Below, piece after piece: positions 57,441 through 61,500 of a DNA stretch of 61,500 nt (position 1 is its first letter; each line of letters starts with the position of its first letter). The stretch is from Candidatus Nomurabacteria bacterium RIFCSPHIGHO2_02_40_30 (GTDB taxonomy: Bacteria > Patescibacteriota > Minisyncoccia > Phycocordibacterales > UBA9973), in the NCBI GenBank assembly GCA_001785445.1, contig MFTV01000009.1, forward strand, positions 1 to 61,500. Direction: 5' to 3'. Below the pieces are notes generated by a model that was not told the DNA's origin, searched no databases, and was given only the letters and a program-made list of their open reading frames with translations. The position numbers and the translations under genes were made by a program.

Positions 57441-58373
57441 ATGTCAAATTGGTTTTTGCTGGCTCTAATAGCCCCGATATTGTGGAGCATAGTCAATCAT
57501 ATTGATAAATACATGCTGTCCAAGTATCTAAAAGATAGAGGAGTAGGGGCTCTGCTTATTTTCTCGGCGCTTTCTTCTGTGCTGATACTGCCTATCATTG
57601 CTTTTTTCTATCGCTCCGAAATATTCAATATTTCAGGTATGGATTTTTTGATTTTAATTTTTGTTGGATTTTTAAGTTCAGGAGCTTTTTATTTTTACCT
57701 AGCGGGAATGGAAATGGAAGAAGCCTCAATTGTCGTGCCATTATTTCAGTTAATACCTGTATTTGGTTACTTTCTGAGTTATCTTATTTTGGGCGAATCA
57801 TTAAATACTTATCAAATTCTTGCCGCCTTGCTTGTTATGTCCGGTATTATGATACTTTCATTAGAAATTGACGAGGAAAATAAGTTAAAATTTAAAACAA
57901 AAGTATTAATTTTAATAGCAACTTCGTCTTTCTTATTTGCTCTGCATGACACTTTATTCAAAAAAGTTGCAATTGTAGAAAATTTTTGGGTTTCGGTATT
58001 TTGGCAATATGCCAGTTTGACAATCTTTGGACTGCTCATTCTGGTAGGCATCAAAAAATTCCGTAAGGAATTTTTTGGGATGTTTTTCAACAATATGGGG
58101 AAGAAGATTTTTTTTGTAAATATTATGAGTGAAATATTGTACATTCTAGGCAACTTGGCAAACAACTTTGCAACACTCCTAGCCCCAGTTGCAGTTGTCT
58201 TAGTGGTAAGTAGCTATCAGCCACTCTTTGTATTTATCGGAGGCGTCCTCTTAACAATTTTCTTACCAAAAATAGCTACAGAAAGAATTTCAAGAAAACA
58301 TCTTTTTCATAAATTAATTTCAATAATAATTATAATTATAGGTAGTTACCTCCTATATACTACTTCCAATTAA
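57441..58373 (+). CDS. EamA/DMT-family transporter
   Basis: About 10 TM helices in two EamA-like halves; 310 aa. Confidence 0.7.
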   Translation: MSNWFLLALIAPILWSIVNHIDKYMLSKYLKDRGVGALLIFSALSSVLILPIIAFFYRSEIFNISGMDFLILIFVGFLSSGAFYFYLAGMEMEEASIVVPLFQLIPVFGYFLSYLILGESLNTYQILAALLVMSGIMILSLEIDEENKLKFKTKVLILIATSSFLFALHDTLFKKVAIVENFWVSVFWQYASLTIFGLLILVGIKKFRKEFFGMFFNNMGKKIFFVNIMSEILYILGNLANNFATLLAPVAVVLVVSSYQPLFVFIGGVLLTIFLPKIATERISRKHLFHKLISIIIIIIGSYLLYTTSN

Positions 58374-58386
58374 TAGAATTTCTGTG

Positions 58387-58392
58387 TAGAAT
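58387..58392 (+). promoter_or_regulatory. -10-like TAGAAT ending 6 nt before the histidine kinase ATG
   Basis: TAGAAT, then acaact, then ATG 58399. Confidence 0.3.
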
Positions 58393-58398
58393 ACAACT

Positions 58399-60021
58399 AT
58401 GGAACAATTCTGCCCTTGGGAACAAGCTCAATACTTTATATATTCAGACAATATACCCACTCTCTTTTTCTACTCTCACATACCAGCTATTATAATAGCA
58501 CTTTTAGTTGGTTTTTTAGTATTTTATAAAAGTAATAAATCAGGAGTTGGTGTAACGCTCCTTCTAATTACTCTTTTATTTTCTATCTGGTCTATTTTTG
58601 ACCTTATTTTATGGGCTACCAACAGACCGGATATAGTCATGTTCTTTTGGTCACTGCAAATACTCATAGAGCCTTTAATCTACTTACTGGGTTTCTATTT
58701 GACTTATCTTTTTATTACCAACAAAGACCTAGGATTCAAGGCAAAACTGCTGGGATTAGCACTCTACTCCCCAATCGTCTTTCTTTTACCTTCTGCTTAT
58801 AATTTAGTGGGCGTAGAGTTAGTTTACTGCACAGCCATAGAGGGAGTAGTAGCCCAATATTTTACTTATATTGTTGAGCTTGTATTTATAATTTCTATCT
58901 TTGTGTTAACCGACAGAGAATACAGAAAAAATATCAGCAGAAAAAGAGAAATCCTGACTTTCGGTTTGGGGGTCGTAGCGTTTCTCTTGGCTTTTTCTTG
59001 GGGCAATCTCATCGGCAGCTTTACCGATAATTGGACTTTGGCGCAATTTGGCCTAATTGGTATGCCCATATTTGTGGCTTTTTTAGCTTACTTAATAGTA
59101 AAATTCCACACTTTCAACATCAAACTTATTGCCACCCAAGTTTTGATGGTCAGTCTGTGGTTTTTAGTATTAGGAATTTTATTTATTAGAAATATCAACA
59201 ACGTCAGAGTAGTAACTTTGTTTACTCTCTTTTTGGTAACTGTTGTGGGGTATCTTTTGGTCAAGTCAGTTAAAAAAGAAATCGAACGAAAAGAAGAATT
59301 GGCGAAACTTAATATAGAACTGCAAGATTCCATCAAGCAAAGAGAATCCTTGGTGCATCTAGTCACTCATAAAGTTAAGGGTTCGTTCACTCGTTCGAAA
59401 TATATTTTTGCCGGAATAATCGACGGTACTTTCGGCATAGTGTCTCCTAGTATAAAAAAATACGCCGAGCAGGGGCTAGAGTCAGACAACATGGGCATAG
59501 AAACAGTTGATTTGGTCTTAAATGCTGACAATTTGCAGAAGGGTACCGTAAAATACGACATGAAGAGTATTGATTTTAAAGAAATAGTGCTTAAGGCAAT
59601 AGAGGAAAAAAGGGGTCCGATAGAAATGAAGGGTCTAAAAATAGAAAATACCATTAAAGACGGAAACTACACCATCCTTGGCGACACTTTCTGGTTGAAA
59701 GAGGCAGTACATAACTTGATTGAAAACTCCATTCAATACACAAAAACTGGAGGAATCGTAGTCGGACTTTCCGATGGCAATGGAAAGGTTGTACTTTCTG
59801 TCAAAGATACAGGCGTAGGTATAAATGACGAAGACAAAAAGAGTTTATTTACCGAGGGGGGTCGGGGAAGAGATTCGGTAAAAATAAATGTCGACAGCAC
59901 CGGTTACGGACTTTATACTGTGAAATTAGTTGTGGAAGCGCACAAAGGCCGTGTCTGGGCGCAGTCCGAAGGCACTGGTAAAGGATCCACTTTCTACGTA
60001 GAACTGGACGCCGTAGCCTAA
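58399..60021 (+). CDS. Sensor histidine kinase with a polytopic (about 7 TM) N-terminal domain
   Basis: The C-terminal HATPase_c has N box LIENSIQYT, G1 VKDTGVGI and G2 GYGLYTVK. The H-box-like segment is SLVHLVTHKVKGSF. Confidence 0.8.
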   Translation: MEQFCPWEQAQYFIYSDNIPTLFFYSHIPAIIIALLVGFLVFYKSNKSGVGVTLLLITLLFSIWSIFDLILWATNRPDIVMFFWSLQILIEPLIYLLGFYLTYLFITNKDLGFKAKLLGLALYSPIVFLLPSAYNLVGVELVYCTAIEGVVAQYFTYIVELVFIISIFVLTDREYRKNISRKREILTFGLGVVAFLLAFSWGNLIGSFTDNWTLAQFGLIGMPIFVAFLAYLIVKFHTFNIKLIATQVLMVSLWFLVLGILFIRNINNVRVVTLFTLFLVTVVGYLLVKSVKKEIERKEELAKLNIELQDSIKQRESLVHLVTHKVKGSFTRSKYIFAGIIDGTFGIVSPSIKKYAEQGLESDNMGIETVDLVLNADNLQKGTVKYDMKSIDFKEIVLKAIEEKRGPIEMKGLKIENTIKDGNYTILGDTFWLKEAVHNLIENSIQYTKTGGIVVGLSDGNGKVVLSVKDTGVGINDEDKKSLFTEGGRGRDSVKINVDSTGYGLYTVKLVVEAHKGRVWAQSEGTGKGSTFYVELDAVA

Positions 60022-61250
60022 GAAAGAGAGGCTTCTCCCCACATGTCCCAAATCATTCCGGCAATATTTTTATGTGTGCCCTCTAGAGCATAATAATGCA
60101 AGTCTATAAAAGGTAGCGTGTTGCATTCGATGATGCCCCAATGTTGAGAATAAGCCGGTTTTGTCGGATCTGGAATGATAGCATCAAAACCCACCACAGA
60201 TAGACCTAAAATTTTCGTAGCCTTTTCTAAAATTGAAATAAAGCTGGGGTGCAATTCATCGAGCATCTCACAGGTTGTGCCACCAAAGAGCCTGCCTATG
60301 CGGTGAGACAGAGGCAAAGAAACTCCATCGGGTAAAATATCATCTATCGCGAATCCTGAACGCCCAATATGGTCATGCAATTCTTTTGAAATACGTATCG
60401 GCTCTACCCGATTTTGACGTTTTTTATCTTTTTCTTCAATAAGCTCTTTTACGCTTCTTTGGCCGTCACCAAACAGAGTTGGCGCTCGCCCCATATAGAA
60501 TCCGGCCATGGCTCCATTCACTAAAGTTGCTCGGCAAACATTCCCTTTTAAGTGTTCTTCAATAATCAAATGGGAACATATCTGCCCTGCGATACTAATA
60601 CCCTCTTGTAATTGTTGTAAGCTATTAATGTTGGTAATCGTATGTCTGCCTCGGGACCCAATCCGCGGTTTGACTACTAGGGGGTTTTTTATTTTAGAAA
60701 ATATTTTTCTTATATTTTTTTTTGTATTTTTAAAATGCCAAAGAGGAAATTCAAAGTAGGCCGGAATCGGTATATCGTGTTTTTCAAATTCCTGCTTTAA
60801 TGCGACTTTGTCATCCCAGTTTTGTTTCATGTCTAAAAATTCCGGCCGGATTGGTATGCTTTCAAAGTAAAATTTTTTTTTCTTGTTCTTGTTCTTAAAG
60901 ATTAGGCGATATTGGTCTAAAGGTTTGCCAAAAAATATTACCTGCTCCATGAGTATTCCCCTCTTTTTTGCCTCTTCCCAGATGATTTTGGAGCGGAAAG
61001 TATTGGCCTTGTTAATATCCGAAGAAAATTTTGTCATTTTCAAAAGTGCCAGTGTTTCAAATAAAAAAACAGGTATGAGGTCAACTAAATCTTTTAATAA
61101 GTTAGGAAAAATTTTTATAGGTTTCACCAGGTGGGCCTCAACGTTAAACGCCACCCAGCTTTCGATAAAAGAAAAAGTATGGTTTATTGGAGCATCCCCG
61201 CAGTAGGAGCACGAGCTTTGTTTTACATGTGGTTCATTTATTTGCGACAT
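60018..61250 (-). CDS. ATP-grasp ligase resembling the cyanophycin-synthetase G domain (no Mur-ligase-like domain)
   Basis: PLVVKPRIGSRGRHTI.., LIIEEHLKGNVCRATLVNG, ..FGDGQRSVKELIEE.., ..RIGRLFGGTT..DELHP.., ..LGLSVVGFDAI.. and ..IIECNTLP.. parallel the CphA ATP-grasp region from memory. The stops are convergent and overlap the kinase gene. Confidence 0.55.
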   Translation of the reverse strand: MSQINEPHVKQSSCSYCGDAPINHTFSFIESWVAFNVEAHLVKPIKIFPNLLKDLVDLIPVFLFETLALLKMTKFSSDINKANTFRSKIIWEEAKKRGILMEQVIFFGKPLDQYRLIFKNKNKKKKFYFESIPIRPEFLDMKQNWDDKVALKQEFEKHDIPIPAYFEFPLWHFKNTKKNIRKIFSKIKNPLVVKPRIGSRGRHTITNINSLQQLQEGISIAGQICSHLIIEEHLKGNVCRATLVNGAMAGFYMGRAPTLFGDGQRSVKELIEEKDKKRQNRVEPIRISKELHDHIGRSGFAIDDILPDGVSLPLSHRIGRLFGGTTCEMLDELHPSFISILEKATKILGLSVVGFDAIIPDPTKPAYSQHWGIIECNTLPFIDLHYYALEGTHKNIAGMIWDMWGEASLS

Positions 61251-61268
61251 AAAATTGGATTAAACAAC

Positions 61269-61303
61269 AAAGAGACAGACATAATTTTTATGGCTGTCTC
61301 TTT
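61269..61303. other. Hairpin AAAGAGACAG-N15-CTGTCTCTTT upstream of the ATP-grasp gene
   Basis: Perfect 10-bp stem. Its function is unknown; it could be a terminator for an upstream - strand gene or a leader structure. Confidence 0.4.
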
Positions 61304-61500
61304 AAAATTTCTTTAAGTAAGTCACTTTTAGTGGTCTCCTTTAATCATAAATATTGAGCTTAAAAAATTGATAATAAACGACCATCTTCATTTTATCATA
61401 CTTTTGTACAGTTACCCATATGGGGTGACACTTAAGGTAGAATTGGGGTGACAAAGGTTAATCATCTTAATTCAAAAGGCCCTAGGCCTTAAAACAATAT

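Overview
This is an AT-rich, very gene-dense bacterial chromosome segment with almost all genes on the - strand. Most of it is core housekeeping: mreB-mreC, proS, rpsB-tsf, a contiguous rpoB-rpoC-dnaG-rpoD block, rpsP-KH-trmD, rnr, smc, rnc, nusB, rpmF, thrS, gyrB, pheS/pheT, trhO, a UvrD-type helicase-nuclease, ligA, tRNA-Thr(UGU) and tRNA-Ser(GGA). It also holds a complete type IV pilus locus with no secretin gene in the window (pilM, pilN-like, pilO-like, a small TM protein, pilB, a receiver-only regulator, pilT, pilC, two pilins, pilD, four minor pilins). Next to it are a divergent comF, an envelope/redox cluster (Trx-like CxxC protein, processive GT2, Cys-tailed DUF378, DsbA), a 7TM histidine kinase and a cyanophycin-synthetase-like ATP-grasp gene. 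The domain-minimised enzymes (ProRS without the INS domain, ThrRS without TGS, short PheS, 713-aa SMC) plus T4P/ComF suggest a small-genome Patescibacteria/CPR-like organism; that is an inference, not a search result. The first 3.1 kb is really one long - strand gene for a secreted repeat protein. The ORF track misses it because it runs off the window, and the + strand ORFs listed there are antisense shadows. The observations I rate highest are these. (1) A recurring inverted-repeat bracket has its proximal arm ending exactly on the start codon (TCTAACGGG-ATG) at five loci, and the arms co-vary. (2) Minus-10 boxes sit 6-8 nt upstream of the start codon of nearly every operon-leading gene, with Shine-Dalgarno motifs mostly absent, which implies leaderless mRNAs. 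(3) Two RAYT/IS200-like Y1 transposase genes are each bracketed by their own hairpin repeat, and one hairpin family also lies in frame inside coding sequence. (4) An SMC protein has a Rad50-like CxxC hook where the hinge should be. (5) NusB is fused to a Nudix hydrolase domain. (6) pheT is split or frameshifted. I saw no CRISPR array, rRNA, restriction-modification, toxin-antitoxin or prophage signals.
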